Source: Eledone cirrhosa (taxonomy: Eukaryota). Taken from it: DNA of 64,000 nt. Location: NCBI GenBank assembly GCA_964016885.1, contig OZ024761.1:27342001-27406000 (forward strand). Reading direction: 5' to 3'. This document shows positions 29,448-44,825 of the stretch, piece by piece. Position numbers and translations under genes: made by a program. The number at the start of each line of letters is the position of its first letter. The first letter of the stretch is position 1. Below the pieces are notes generated by a model that searched no databases, had not been told where the DNA came from, and worked only from the letters and a program-made list of their open reading frames with translations.

Positions 29448-29461
29448 TTTATATGTATATG

Positions 29462-29507
<46 letters not shown>

Positions 29508-29543
29508 TTTATATGTATATGTATGTATATATATATATTTATA

Positions 29544-29592
<49 letters not shown>

Positions 29593-29601
29593 GTATATAT
29601 G

Positions 29602-29636
<35 letters not shown>

Positions 29637-29658
29637 ATGTATGTATATATATATACAT

Positions 29659-29841
<183 letters not shown>

Positions 29842-30482
29842 TATACACCCTGACATTCGGACATTCGGACTCGTACCTAGACATACGGGAATAGACAGAC
29901 GGACATACGCCTAGACATACGTACCTATGTATGTACATACATAAATACATGCACACATACATACATACATACACACATACATACACACATACATACATAC
30001 GAACGTACACACGTACATAGATACATACATACATACATACATACATACATACATACATACATACATACATACATACATACATACATACATACATACACAC
30101 ACACATACATACATGCATACATAGACACACGGATACACACCTAGACACACAGACACAGACAGACGGATACACACGCCTAGACAAAGATGTTTTACAAAAC
30201 AGACACTTAGAAAACAGACACACACACACACACACATACATACACACATACATAGAATCATACATATATACATATACACATACATAGAATCATACATATA
30301 TACATAGACACATGGACACAGACAGACAGAGAAACACGTAGTCACACAAATATAGAAACGTAGAATCACAAACATATATATACACACTTTCTCGTGCTCA
30401 CACACACCGGAACCGCTTTATATATATATATATATATATTTTACACATATATATATTTACACATTACCTACCTGTGTAAAAT

Positions 30483-30570
30483 TAAGCTTAGTAGGATTTG
30501 AACTCAGGACCTAGATTATCCTAAGAAATACTGTCTCACGCTCTACCGACTCTGCTAATTTCACGCCCTT
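30483..30570 (-). mobile_element. Degenerate SINE head
   Basis: GGATTTGAACTCAG...CTCTACCGACTCTGCTAAT. Confidence 0.55.
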
Positions 30571-30593
30571 GAATGGCAAATCATAAAATATTT

Positions 30594-30718
<125 letters not shown>

Positions 30719-30758
30719 AAATATTAATAAATGGAAACTATATTTATAAAACAATAAT

Positions 30759-30824
30759 TATTTTATTATATATATTTCAAGGGTAACCAAGGGAAATTAT
30801 GGTGCGCTTTCATCAGATAAAATA
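30759..30824 (-). ncRNA. Hammerhead ribozyme, family G (solo arm 30716-30940)
   Basis: Minus strand: TATTTTAT CTGATGA AAG..ACCA....TGGT..CTT GAAA TATATA TA ATAAAATA. Confidence 0.82.
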
Positions 30825-30938
30825 CAGATTTGTTTTATATCTAAATATTGACATACCCGGAAAAAAGACAACCTTAACGATTGAAGCTTCCTGCATATTT
30901 TTAAGCTTGTTGAATCCCAACAAATTAAATATAACCTC

Positions 30939-30981
<43 letters not shown>

Positions 30982-31145
30982 AGATACTATTTATAATTAT
31001 GTATATACTATAAACAACTATAAACAGGGAAGGTCAGTAATATATTACTACCTTATTACCAGTAAGAGAAATAGCTCAATGTAAGAACATCAGGTGTTAG
31101 TAATAATATATGTTACATAAGTATCAAAGTTATGTTTAAATCATT

Positions 31146-31199
31146 TAATCGCTGACAATTGTTTCTTCCAAACTTAAGATTGACGTCCTCGGAGCATTA
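31146..31199 (-). ncRNA. Hammerhead-like motif, CCGAGGA core
   Basis: Minus strand: TAATGCT CCGAGGA ... GAAA CAATTG TC AGCGATTA. Stem II is partly decayed. Confidence 0.6.
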
Positions 31200-31911
31200 T
31201 CAATGTTTGTACATATAATTAACCTCCTATTCAACTAAAGAATCATACAGATACATATATATTGATGTTGTGGACAACAGTTTCATGTTTACAGGGTGGA
31301 ATGGATGCGACATATATTATATGAGAATTGTAGAATAATTCAAATTCAAATTCAAATTAAAAATTAAAAATTAAAAATTAAAAATTAAAAATTAAAAATT
31401 AAAAATTAAAAATAAAAGCACAGAGTTGAATACATGCGACAGATAATATAAGAGAATAGTCTAATAATTAAAGTGATAGTACATGCGTTAGTCATATATA
31501 AAGGAATTGGACAAGCCAATGTATTATGCACGTATGAGTACTGTGTGGCAAGGTATTACATAAAATGCAAGCACTTTAAGCGAATATGTTGTATTATGGG
31601 GGATGCAATGCGATGATGTTTTCTGTATAGTTCAAATTTGTATGTGTGTAGAATATGAGTTACAGATTTCACATCCATTACATATGTTAAGTTATATTTG
31701 TATTGAATGTTTGTTATAGTAATGGATTGTAACTTGGTGTTATTGTATTCATATTCATGGATTAGAGTTGTTCTACTGCGAGAATTTTCAACGGTTTAAT
31801 ATCCGGAAGTGGATATGGAATTAAGGGGAGCTAATGCGTAAGGGGAGGTAACTAGCTCATTATAATAATTAAATTCCTTGCTCAAATAGGCATTATATGT
31901 ACAAACATTGA

Positions 31912-31965
31912 TAATGCTCCGAGGAATCCAGGCTTAAGTTTGGAAGAAACAATTGTCAGCGATTA
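31912..31965 (+). ncRNA. Hammerhead-like motif, CCGAGGA core
   Basis: TAATGCT CCGAGGA aTCCAGGCttaaGTTTGGAa GAAA CAATTG TC AGCGATTA. Confidence 0.7.
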
Positions 31966-31995
31966 AATGATTTAAACATAACTTTGATACTTATG

Positions 31996-32075
<80 letters not shown>

Positions 32076-32781
32076 CTTCTTTCCATTATTTTATCTCACA
32101 TGAGCAGCAACAACAGCACCAAGACCAACACGACCACTACCACTACCACAACGAACACCACCACCACCACCGCCGCCGCCACCACCGCCACCACCACCAC
32201 CACAACCACCACTACCAGCACCACCACCAGCACCACCACCAGCACCACTACCACCACCACCACCACCACCACTACTACTGTTACGACTATTACTACTACA
32301 ACAATCAACACACCACCGCCACCATCCCCACTGCCACCACCACCACCACCACTACTACTGTTACTACTATTACTACTACAACAATCACCACCACCATCAC
32401 CACCACCACCAACAATGTTACCACTACCACCAACGAGAAACAACAACTCTATCTCCAACAACCACAACAACAACACCACCAGAAACAAGGCCAATAACAA
32501 CAACAATAGCAACAACAACAACTGTAATAATAATGGTAATAATATTGATAACAATGACAATCATAACAACAATAATATTGATTTGTGTATTTGCCACTAT
32601 GAAGGTCACTATATGTACATAACAATACCATGGTTGTATGTGTGTATATGTGTGCGTGTATATATGTATGTGTGCATATATATGTGTGTCAGTGCGTGTG
32701 TATATATATTTATATATATATATATATATATATTAGATATTTATATATTTATATATATTTATATATAAATATATATATACA

Positions 32782-32846
<65 letters not shown>

Positions 32847-32890
32847 TGTATATATTTATATATAAATATGTATATATTTATATATATATA

Positions 32891-32987
<97 letters not shown>

Positions 32988-33028
32988 TTATATATTTATA
33001 TATATTTATATATAAATATATATATACA

Positions 33029-33063
<35 letters not shown>

Positions 33064-33133
33064 TGTATATATTTATATATAAATATGTATATATTTATAT
33101 ATAAATATATATATTTATATATATAAATATATA

Positions 33134-33199
<66 letters not shown>

Positions 33200-33213
33200 T
33201 TTGTATATATATA

Positions 33214-33262
<49 letters not shown>

Positions 33263-33267
<5 letters not shown>

Positions 33268-33350
33268 GTTTCTACTTTTGGCACACGTCCAGCAATAACC
33301 CAGTGCATTACTGGTACTTTATTTTATCGACCCCGTAAGGACGAAAGGCA
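33263..33350 (-). mobile_element. SINE 3' fragment
   Basis: AATTGTTTCTACTTTTGGCAC...CTGGTACTTTATTTTATCGACCCCGTAAGG. Confidence 0.8.
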
Positions 33351-33429
33351 GTATAGTATTGGTATAGAAATGTGTGTATTAGTGACTGGGCGTGTACGTG
33401 TGTCTTACTGTGTGTCTCTGTGGTCATGA

Positions 33430-33485
<56 letters not shown>

Positions 33486-33847
33486 ATTTCTCAGAATCTC
33501 TCTCTCTCTCTCCCTCTCTCCACAGACACACACTCACACACACATATATGAATATAACTGTCTATCCATCCCTATATATATACACTGGTCGGTCTACATA
33601 TTTATCTAATTATCTAATTGTTGTATATATATATATACATATACATATATTATAATGTTCGAGCAATTGAGAAGAGCTGGAGAAGGGAAAGAGATATATA
33701 TATAGAGAGAGAGTGAAAAGGAATACGTGAAGTGAATGAGTGTGTGTGAGAGAGAGACAGAGAGTGAGAGTGTGAGAGAGAGGGAGTGAAGAGAGAGAGA
33801 AAGTGAGAGAGAGTCAATGAGAAAACATGAGTGAGTGATTGTGAAGA

Positions 33848-33926
<79 letters not shown>

Positions 33927-34622
33927 GTGAATTCAGCAACGAAAACAAAAGCCACCTGTACCACCATGATAGCCATCACTATCACCATCACCATCACCAT
34001 CACCAACACTACTACAACAAGCATAACAAGATTAACAAAAAAAAAAAAAATAACAAAAAATAAAACACACACATACACATACACACATAAAAAAAAAACA
34101 AACAAAGAAACATCTACAAAAACATATAAAGAGCAACAACAACAACAGCAACAACAACAATACAACAATAACCAAAAAAAAACAAAACAACATCGACTAA
34201 AACACGAATAGTAATAATAGTTTCTTACACAAGAACAGAAATCATAACAATGATAATATTAATAAACGTGTTTATAATATTAATAATAGATATTAAACGC
34301 TAATAACTGTAACAGTCGTAGTTGAGTGAATGGGATTGTTTCCCTTTGGTTGGGTTGGTGAACGGTAGGGGTGGGCAGGCGGTAACAATGTTGTCATATT
34401 ATGCATCATTGATTTCTGGCTTGTCCAGAGGAATTCTGGCTCAGCCAGTTAGGTGTTTGTACAAGCGGGAGGATATTGTACGTGTGTTTGTGTAGGGTAG
34501 GGGGTGATGTGGCGTGGCGTGGTGTAGCGTGGGGTGTGGTGTGACGAGGTGTGTTGTCAGATGTGTGGTGCTGCTAGTGTTTATGCGGTGTGTGCATATG
34601 ATTATGCGTGCAGAAAGGTCCA

Positions 34623-34674
<52 letters not shown>

Positions 34675-34682
34675 CATGTGTG

Positions 34683-34764
<82 letters not shown>

Positions 34765-34804
34765 CACATAAACATACACACAACACACACACACATATAT
34801 ATAA

Positions 34805-34858
<54 letters not shown>

Positions 34859-34946
34859 GCATATTTATATATACATTGTGATTGTAACTGTGTGACTTTT
34901 GGTGTGAATAAATATATCAATGTATGCTTATACGGAAATACACACT

Positions 34947-35014
<68 letters not shown>

Positions 35015-35142
35015 AACACACACACACACACACACACACACATTATAATGATAAAAAGAAAGGAAGGAAATATATTAAGTAGTAGACTAGATGCTAACAT
35101 ATGTATTTTTCCATATAGAACAATGTTTCAGTTTATCGAACC

Positions 35143-35232
<90 letters not shown>

Positions 35233-35236
35233 CATA

Positions 35237-35287
<51 letters not shown>

Positions 35288-35291
35288 CATA

Positions 35292-35323
<32 letters not shown>

Positions 35324-35496
35324 GCATTTCCTGTTGATACTATATGATATATATATATATATAGAGAGAGAGAGATATCTAGTGATATATGTATATGTAC
35401 TGTATATATATGTATATATATATTTCCATATATATATATAATTTCATATATGTATATATCCATATATTATATATATATATATATAATATATATATG

Positions 35497-35545
<49 letters not shown>

Positions 35546-35548
35546 TAT

Positions 35549-35666
<118 letters not shown>

Positions 35667-35756
35667 ATATATATATATATGAATATATATATTTATATGC
35701 AAATATATATATACATATATATACAGTACATATACATATATATATATATCGCTAGA

Positions 35757-35833
<77 letters not shown>

Positions 35834-36006
35834 TATAGTATCAGCAGGAAATGCACATAGACAAACATTTACGTAAGACAGACTAGTGCACTCTACCTCT
35901 TCAGCCACCTTACTAATGTGCACTTTTGCGCAATTGGGTAGCATTTCAGTAGTAATTTCTGTTTGCTCAACAGTTGGTAGAGCCGCTCTGTTGATACGAT
36001 GCATGC

Positions 36007-36040
36007 CTTCCGATGAAGGACTATCTCCCAAAACGTTGAG
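36007..36040 (+). ncRNA. Degenerate minimal hammerhead
   Basis: CTT CCGATGA AGGActatcTCCc AAAA CG TT GAG. GAAA is decayed. Resembles 38050 and 59588. Confidence 0.4.
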
Positions 36041-36432
36041 AATGTTTATAATAAGCTGTTTTCTCGTGTTGTCTTTCTACTTGAGTTTTCACATATTTAT
36101 GTATATACGTACATATATACATTCATTCATACATACATACATTCATACAATATACACACACACATACATATATATATGCATATATATATACACACATACA
36201 CCTATATATATATATATATATATATTTTCTGTATGTCTATATACAGTCATGGACTTAATTATGAAATTAGAAACGAGTGCATGCAAACATTTGAGTTACC
36301 ACAATACGCATGCGCTGACACATGTTTTCACAAAAATGCGCGCACGTACATGCACACATACAAACATATACGTATCTGTCTGTTTCTATCTATATGTATG
36401 TGGTAGTTTCCGCTTGTAAAACAATATGTATT

Positions 36433-36463
<31 letters not shown>

Positions 36464-36633
36464 ATATTTATAAATATATACACACACATAAATGCACATT
36501 AACATGTATATATATATATATATATATAAATGAAAGGTATAGAAGTTTTTTAGCGAGAAGCTAATAGTATTCTATAACATATATATATATGTGTGTGTGT
36601 GTATTTATATATATATATACACACACATAAATG

Positions 36634-36743
<110 letters not shown>

Positions 36744-36789
36744 CATGTTTATGTGCAATTTATGTGTGTGTATATATATATATATAAAT

Positions 36790-36823
<34 letters not shown>

Positions 36824-37592
36824 GTGTGTGATTGTATGCATATATCTGTGCGTGAATTCACGTCTTTATATGCATATATATATATGTACGAGTGCCTCTC
36901 TATGTATAAGTGTATACGTGAACCTGTATATATATATGTATATATATATATGTGTGTGTGTATATATATATATATACGTGTGTATGTGTGTGTGTGTGTT
37001 CATATATGCATATATATGTGTATGTGTATGTATGTATTTGTGTCTGTTTCCGCATGCCCAACAATGGACGTCCAATGTTGTTCTCAATACCGGTTTTATC
37101 AGGTGAATAAGACTGAATTTATTTGTTAATCAATTCAATAACAGCAAAAACAAGAATATCATCAACTTGAACCCACTGCCGACACCACCACCACCACCAG
37201 CACCACCACTACCCCCCCCCCCCCACCAGCACCACTACCATTCACAACCACCACCACAACGACCACCGATGCCACCACCACTATCACCACCAGCAAGAAC
37301 AGCCGCATCTCGGCAGCGCTGCATAGCCACCACCACCACCACCACCACCACCACCGCCACCACCACCAGTATTATCGCCACCACCACCACCACCACCACC
37401 AGTATTATCACCACTATCACCACCGCCACCGATACCATCTCCACTCTCATTATCAACAAACTGACCCTCAGCAGCAACTAAAACAACAACAATTTCGCCC
37501 CTCCACCCGATCATCACGTTCGTAGCAGCTTTGATCTCCACCAAAATCACTATATTATATACATATATATATATTTATATATATACATATAT

Positions 37593-37659
<67 letters not shown>

Positions 37660-38049
37660 AACGTACACTCGTATACATAAAAACAATCCTCTCCACATAC
37701 ACACACTTATTCATACACAGACATATGTACAAAACCCCACAATAATTCACAGTCGTACATACACACATATACATACCAGTGTGCACACAACAACTATATA
37801 AGACTCTGAGACATCCACGTGTCCACACATACACACACACACACACACAGACGGAAGCAACGTACATCTACCAGCTTCATTCTTTTGGCACACACGCACA
37901 ACCACACCTACGTTCCATTTTGGTCCCAAAGGTCGCACCTTTCGCTTATCTCCCCCTATATATCATTCTCCTCGCAACCCTCCTTTCCTAACTTTCTTTC
38001 CTAATTTTAACTATTTTCATACATCTACCTATTCTCTCCTTATTCGAAC

Positions 38050-38084
38050 TTTCCTGATGAAGGACTTCTGTCCGAAATGTTGAG
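38050..38084 (+). ncRNA. Minimal hammerhead (Penelope pLTR type)
   Basis: TTC CTGATGA a GGAC ttct GTCC GAAA TG TT GAG, with ACGT changed to ATGT by CpG decay. Confidence 0.7.
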
Positions 38085-38175
38085 CCCTCCTCCATTTCCT
38101 CCAAGCGTGAACCTAATATAACTGTGTATTTTTGCATATGTATAAATATAGAATCGGAGACGAATTCATATGCTA

Positions 38176-38269
38176 AACATATCTCATGATCTCTCGATTA
38201 CAGAGTCAGGTTCGATCAATAATAGGTCTTGCTTCGAGCTGATCGATAGTGAAACACATGTAATATGTT
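38176..38269 (+). ncRNA. Hammerhead relic with long stem II, family H
   Basis: AACATAT CTCATGA [tctcTCGATTaCAG...CTGATCGAtagt] GAAA CACATG TA ATATGTT. G5 is mutated. Homologous to 41243-41335. Confidence 0.6.
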
Positions 38270-38318
38270 ATTAAATATGTTATGATGCAACACTGAATCC
38301 TTGTTCCTTATCAATATA

Positions 38319-38355
<37 letters not shown>

Positions 38356-38356
38356 A

Positions 38357-38431
<75 letters not shown>

Positions 38432-38436
<5 letters not shown>

Positions 38437-38562
38437 TAAAATAACAGATTAAAGTTTAAGCAAAGAATCGGTGCTTTCACCCTTAACGAGATCTTATATA
38501 TTTGATATATATTTATCCTTATCGAGCCCTCTTTGGATTTTAGTCATCAAATTTACTATTAT

Positions 38563-38565
<3 letters not shown>
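38432..38565 (+). mobile_element. Miniature family A insertion (inverted arm fused to tail)
   Basis: TTTATTAAAATAACAG...CCTTAACGAGA joined through TCTT to the family A tail. (TA)n flanks. Confidence 0.8.
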
Positions 38566-38626
<61 letters not shown>

Positions 38627-38667
38627 ATTCAAATATTAATAAAATAAATTTTCTTGTGATCAATTAA

Positions 38668-38733
38668 ATTTTATTATACATATTTCAGAGGTACTTGAAT
38701 CTAGTTCAATAGTACGGCCTCATCAGATAAAAT
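38668..38733 (-). ncRNA. Hammerhead ribozyme, family G (solo arm 38620-38790)
   Basis: Minus strand: ATTTTAT CTGATGA gg..GTACT-TTGAA ctaga TTCAA-GTAC..ct GAAA TATGTA TA ATAAAAT. Confidence 0.8.
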
Positions 38734-39079
38734 AAAATGATACATGACATACCCTGACATGTTAGATGGTTAAGATTTAATCAATTAAAAAAAAAAAAAT
38801 AAAATATATATATATAGAATAGTTTATGCTATCTACAAATACAGACAGGACCGGGCCCGTTCACATTTCTAATACACTCACGTGCTGAAGAAATTTCTCG
38901 ATTTAACTCACTTTATGCTTCATACCTTCATTGATGACCAAAAGATGAGAAACAAAATAAAACAAAGACACAAACAAACAAAGCAAAACAATAATAAAAA
39001 CAATCAAAACTAAACATATATATATATATATATATTAATTCAAAATATTTATAAATATAGACATTCATGTGATCAAATA

Positions 39080-39145
39080 TATTTTATTATATATATTTCA
39101 GAGGTACTGTGCTGTTTGCTCAGCACGTCCTCATCAGATAAAATA
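39080..39145 (-). ncRNA. Hammerhead ribozyme
   Basis: Minus strand: TATTTTAT CTGATGA ggacGTGCTGagcaaaCAGCACagtacctct GAAA TATATA TA ATAAAATA. Confidence 0.82.
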
Positions 39146-39264
39146 AATTGATGTCTGACATACCTCAACTGTGCTGATGGTTCAATTCCAGTCTTGGCAG
39201 TCTGGAATTGAACCAATACTGGAATTGAACCATCAGCACAGTTGAGGTATGTCAGACATCAATT

Positions 39265-39330
39265 TATTTTATCTGATGAGAACGTACTGAGGAAACAGCA
39301 CAGTACCTCTGAAATATATATAATAAAATA
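39265..39330 (+). ncRNA. Hammerhead ribozyme
   Basis: TATTTTAT CTGATGA gaacGTACTG...CAGTACctct GAAA TATATA TA ATAAAATA. Confidence 0.82.
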
Positions 39331-39470
39331 TATTTGATCACATGAATGTCTATATTTATTAATATTTTGAATTAATATTAATAACTCCAGAAAACTTCGT
39401 TGTTGAGTGCTTCTAATCTATTGTAAAACTATATTCATTGATTAATCAATGAACCTTGTTTAACTTTTGG

Positions 39471-39524
<54 letters not shown>

Positions 39525-39961
39525 CATAAGAAGTAAATAGCAACTAGCAAAAACACCCTCACCTCCAATCACCAGAAAACTCCGTCATTTTGAAATGTCT
39601 TCGTTTCTCCTTCTCTTTCATTTTTTCATTCATTCATTCTTTCTTTTCTTTCCTTTTCTCCCTTTCTTTTTTTCTTTCCTTCCTTCTTTCTTTCTTTCTT
39701 TCTTTATTTCTTTCTTTCTTTCTTTCTTTCTTCCTTTCCTTTCTTTCCTTCTTTCCTTCTTTCTTTCTTTCTTTCTTTCTTACGTTATCGTTTCTTAGTT
39801 ATAACATAAAATACGTGTTTCTATTCATCAAACGGACCCCTACCATGAATTTATACAAACACACACACAGAGACACACACACGCGTGCGCGCACACACAC
39901 ACACATAGAAGTACAAACACACACATACTTATTTGTGCTCACACATACACAAACATGTTTG

Positions 39962-39993
<32 letters not shown>

Positions 39994-40030
39994 CATATTA
40001 TATATATTATGTGTGTGTGTGTCTGTTTAG

Positions 40031-40101
<71 letters not shown>

Positions 40102-40189
40102 TATATATATAATATATATATAATATATATATATTATATTAGTTTAACAATGATAATACTAACAAAGGCAAGTTATTTTACATATTTCT

Positions 40190-40230
<41 letters not shown>

Positions 40231-40711
40231 ATATATATACTATGTATATATTTAAATATATATTATGTATATATGTTATGCAAGTATACACACACATACG
40301 TATATATATATATATGTTTAGTAAGGTTTCATTTGACAAATAGAAACACGTATTGAATGTAATAACCAAGAAATAATTACGTTAGAACGAATGTCATGGA
40401 AAGACGTGTGTTCACACACACACACTCTCACCCCCAGACCCCCCCCCCCACACCCACACATATATATCTGAAATGAATTGTGAACTCAGAGAGTAGAGAA
40501 CCGATACGAATGCTTGATATCATTAAACAATTCTATCCGCCATTTTAACAACTCCGTTAGTTCACCGCCTGAATCATCTAACATCCACAACGAATCTTTA
40601 CTTTACAAATATATTGAGTACTATCCTCTGTACTAGAAGTACTGGTACGAAGTCCTCAGTGCACCTCTCCCCCTCTGTCACACACAGACATATATATGTA
40701 TATTTATATGT

Positions 40712-40865
40712 ATATTGAAAGCAATGGAAAGTCGCGGAGGAGCCTACAGTTGCCATATATGTGGCAGAGGGTGCAAGTCTTTGACTGGCTTAAAAAAGCC
40801 ACATTCGTGCATCACATTTTTGAGCATTTTATCAGGCGATGGCAATCCTCGAACACGAGTTTGCA

Positions 40866-40872
<7 letters not shown>
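40712..40872 (+). mobile_element. RTE-type LINE 3' end with terminal C2H2 finger
   Basis: YSCHICGRGCKSLTGLK(S)HIRASH, then TGGCAATCCTCGAACACGAGTTTGCAGCCATCA and (TA)n. A related 3' end in the opposite orientation follows at 40908-40990. Confidence 0.65.
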
Positions 40873-40915
<43 letters not shown>

Positions 40916-41150
40916 TGCAAAAAGAACAGATAGCCACTGAGCAGGTCACAGAATGTGTGACGAAAGAACTTTTAGGAATTAACCAATAACTAGCAATAAA
41001 GATAAAGTGAAAATCATATGATTGGTGTGTTTCTTTTTATTGGCAATACAGGAAATATGACCACCCCCAAATATAACAATATCGATTCTAACACTCGATT
41101 TCACAGAAACTATCTTGCAAAACAAATATATGAATGTATATATAAGTTGT

Positions 41151-41198
<48 letters not shown>

Positions 41199-41242
41199 AT
41201 AAGAAACGGAGAATCAGTGGTGCTACGAATAAGATTTATTAG

Positions 41243-41335
41243 ACATATTACAATCGTTTCTCTGGCGACCAGCTTGAGGCACGATCGATGTAATGATCGA
41301 ACCTGACTCTGAAATCGCAAGCTCCTCAGATACGT
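41243..41335 (-). ncRNA. Hammerhead ribozyme with 62 nt stem II, family H
   Basis: Minus strand: ACGTAT CTGAGGA [..TGCGATttCAG...CTGGTCGCca..] GAAA CGATTG TA ATATGT. Lies in a 235 bp island (41196-41430) between (TA)n tracts. Confidence 0.75.
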
Positions 41336-41446
41336 CTCGATTCTACGAAGCAGAGTTTCCCTGCTCTGTAAGAGCATCGAGTGCTCAAACGGTCTACCGC
41401 ATACGGACGCTTTAAGCATCCTACTCCAATTATATATATATATATA

Positions 41447-41539
41447 GGAAAAGTGTCAGGACCCCGACGGCTGAGCTCCGGGCGTTTCGACAGCTAGATC
41501 CGAAATGGTGATCGGGCGTCGGGGTCCTGACTCTTTCCC
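41447..41539. mobile_element. 93 bp MITE-like palindromic element
   Basis: TIRs GGAAAAGTGTCAGGACCCCGACG and CGTCGGGGTCCTGACTCTTTCCC, inserted in (TA)n. Confidence 0.7.
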
Positions 41540-41655
41540 TATATATATATATATAAACCTACATTCTTTCCTAAGTATCGAGAACTTGGCTGAAAAATGG
41601 TATTGCTAGTCTGAACTGGTAACTTCCTATTAATCTCTCCCCACCCCTCTCTCTC

Positions 41656-41733
<78 letters not shown>

Positions 41734-41764
41734 CCCCCATCTCTCTCTCTCTCTCTCTCTCTCA

Positions 41765-41814
<50 letters not shown>

Positions 41815-41908
41815 ATCCATATAATCACTATGATATCCACCACAATTTATTCTTCACTCCGTACCTCCTGCCTATCTTTATGTGAGTGTGTGCCCATACA
41901 TGCTTACC

Positions 41909-41972
<64 letters not shown>

Positions 41973-42293
41973 TGGAGAGAGAGAGATAGATAGATAGAGA
42001 GAGAGAGAGAGATGGAGAGAGAGATAGATAGATAGATAGAGAGAGAGAGAGGGGGAGAGATCTCCATATACCAAGTACAACATTACCATTTTATTTTCCA
42101 GCCCAGCAGCACGAATCCTATTACACATCTCCTCCTGTGATTTTCATTCCAGTAACTTTCAGCATTTTAAATAATAAAATCTTTTGCTAAAAACAAAAAC
42201 AAAAAGAAAAGACTTACATTTAATAGAAGACGAATTATATAACAGCTTCCAGAGCTCGTTCTTTTCTCACAAAAAAATCTGAACATGAATCAC

Positions 42294-42421
<128 letters not shown>

Positions 42422-42424
42422 GTG

Positions 42425-42455
<31 letters not shown>

Positions 42456-42484
42456 ATATATACATATGGACACACACTCACATT

Positions 42485-42551
<67 letters not shown>

Positions 42552-42562
42552 AACAGACACAC

Positions 42563-42663
<101 letters not shown>

Positions 42664-42688
42664 GTATATATGGACACACACTCACATT

Positions 42689-42764
<76 letters not shown>

Positions 42765-42867
42765 GTATATATATAAACAGACACACATTATATATATATA
42801 CACACTTATATACACATATATATACACACACTTATATACACATATATATATTCACATACACACACAC

Positions 42868-42915
<48 letters not shown>

Positions 42916-42951
42916 GTGTGTGTGAATATATATAAGTGTATATAAGTGTGT

Positions 42952-43031
<80 letters not shown>

Positions 43032-43113
43032 GTGTGTGTATATGTCTATGTGTGTGTTTCTCCATTATATCTTCAATTTGTGTCGATTTTGATTCTCTTG
43101 GAGTAGTCAGGTC

Positions 43114-43870
43114 TTTGGATTGGCAGAATTGGTAGAGCATCGGATAAAATATCCTTGCCATTTTTGTTCCCCGGCCCTTTATGATCTGAGTTCAAATCCC
43201 GCCGAGGTGAACTTTGTCTGTCATCCTTACGGGGGTCGATGAAATAAAGTACCAGTAACGTACTGGAGTCGATTTAATCGACTTTCTCCTCCCTCCAAAT
43301 TACTGGCCGGTGGATTGGCAGTACCGGTAGAGGGTCGAACGCCATGCTTTGACGCATAGAGTTACGGCCCTTGCCATTCTGAGTTCAAATCCCGCCGAGG
43401 TTAACTTTGCTTTTCATCCTTACGGGGTCGATAAAATAAAGTACCAGTAATGCACTGGGGGTATTTGCTGGCCTTGTGCCCAAAGTAGAAACAATTATTA
43501 TTATTCTGGATTGGCAGTATCAATAAAGGGTTGGAAGCCATGCTTTGCATCATAGAGTTACGTCCCTTTACGGTCTGAGTTCTAATCCTGCCGAGGTTAA
43601 CTTTGCCTTTCATCCTTACGGGGTCGATAAAATAAAGTACCAGTAATGCACTGGGGTAATTGCTGACCTTGTGCCTAAAGTAGAAACAATCATTATGATA
43701 ATCATCCTTCGAAAAGGGAGGTGGATTGGCTGTATCGGTAGAGCGTCGCACTACATGCTTCGCGGCATATTGTTACGACCCTTTACGCTCTGAGTTCAAA
43801 TCCCGCCGAGGTTTGATTTGCCTTTCATCATTACAGGGTCGATAAAATAAAGTACCAGTCATATACTGGG
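43114..43870 (+). mobile_element. Head-to-tail array of four SINEs
   Basis: Heads (GGATTGGC) at about 43117, 43312, 43508 and 43723, each followed by a B box and the central domain. Confidence 0.9.
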
Positions 43871-43943
43871 GCCGACTCTTCCTCCATGTCTCTTTCTCGC
43901 TCTTCCTCTCAATCACAATTTCCTCCTCCTCCTCGGGAATAAT

Positions 43944-44094
43944 CTACTACTACTACTACTACTGCTACTACTACTGCTACTACTGCTACTGCTGCTGCTG
44001 CTACTGCTGCTGCTGCTGCTACTACTACTACTGCTACTACTGCTACTGCTGCTGCTGCTACTGCTGTTGCTGCTGCTGCTACTACTACTACTAT

Positions 44095-44158
<64 letters not shown>

Positions 44159-44420
44159 GCTGCTGCTGCTACTGCTACTACTACTACTGCTACTACTACT
44201 ACTACTACTACTACCACTACCACTACTACTGCTACTACTACTGCTACTACTACTGCTACTACTACTACTACTACTGCTACTACTACTACTACTACTACCA
44301 CTACCACTACTACTGCTACTACTACTGCTACTACTACTACTACTACTACCACTACCACTACTACTGCTACTGCTACTACTACTACTACTGCTACTACTAC
44401 TACTACTACTACTACTACTG

Positions 44421-44496
<76 letters not shown>

Positions 44497-44690
44497 AGCA
44501 TTTGACCCTCATGTAGCTGCAATCATTTTTAAGTAGATTCCAAATATATTATTGACGTGTTAAGTTAAAGTTTGTGAAGTTATACATTGGGCAACGTGTC
44601 ATATCTTGCCTAAATTGTCATCATCATCATCATCATCACCACCACCACCACCATTATCATCATCATCATCATCATCTCCACCATCATCAC

Positions 44691-44743
<53 letters not shown>

Positions 44744-44792
44744 CCACCACCATTATTATCATCATCATCATCATCATCTCCACCATCATCAC

Positions 44793-44824
<32 letters not shown>

Positions 44825-44825
44825 C
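43944..44825. repeat. (CTA/CTG)n and (CAT)n trinucleotide arrays
   Basis: Direct reading: 43944-44490 and 44618-44825. Confidence 0.9.

Larger units (their letters stand above)
30974..31998 (-). mobile_element. Non-coding PLE-like element, family F
   Basis: Inverted arms at 31113-31219 and 31892-31998, tail at 30974-31112 next to (TA)n, internal (AAAATT)n. Confidence 0.75.
39033..39472 (+). mobile_element. Non-coding PLE-like fold-back element, family G
   Basis: 160 bp inverted arms at 39033-39192 and 39218-39378, tail at 39379-39472, (TA)n flanks. Confidence 0.82.
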
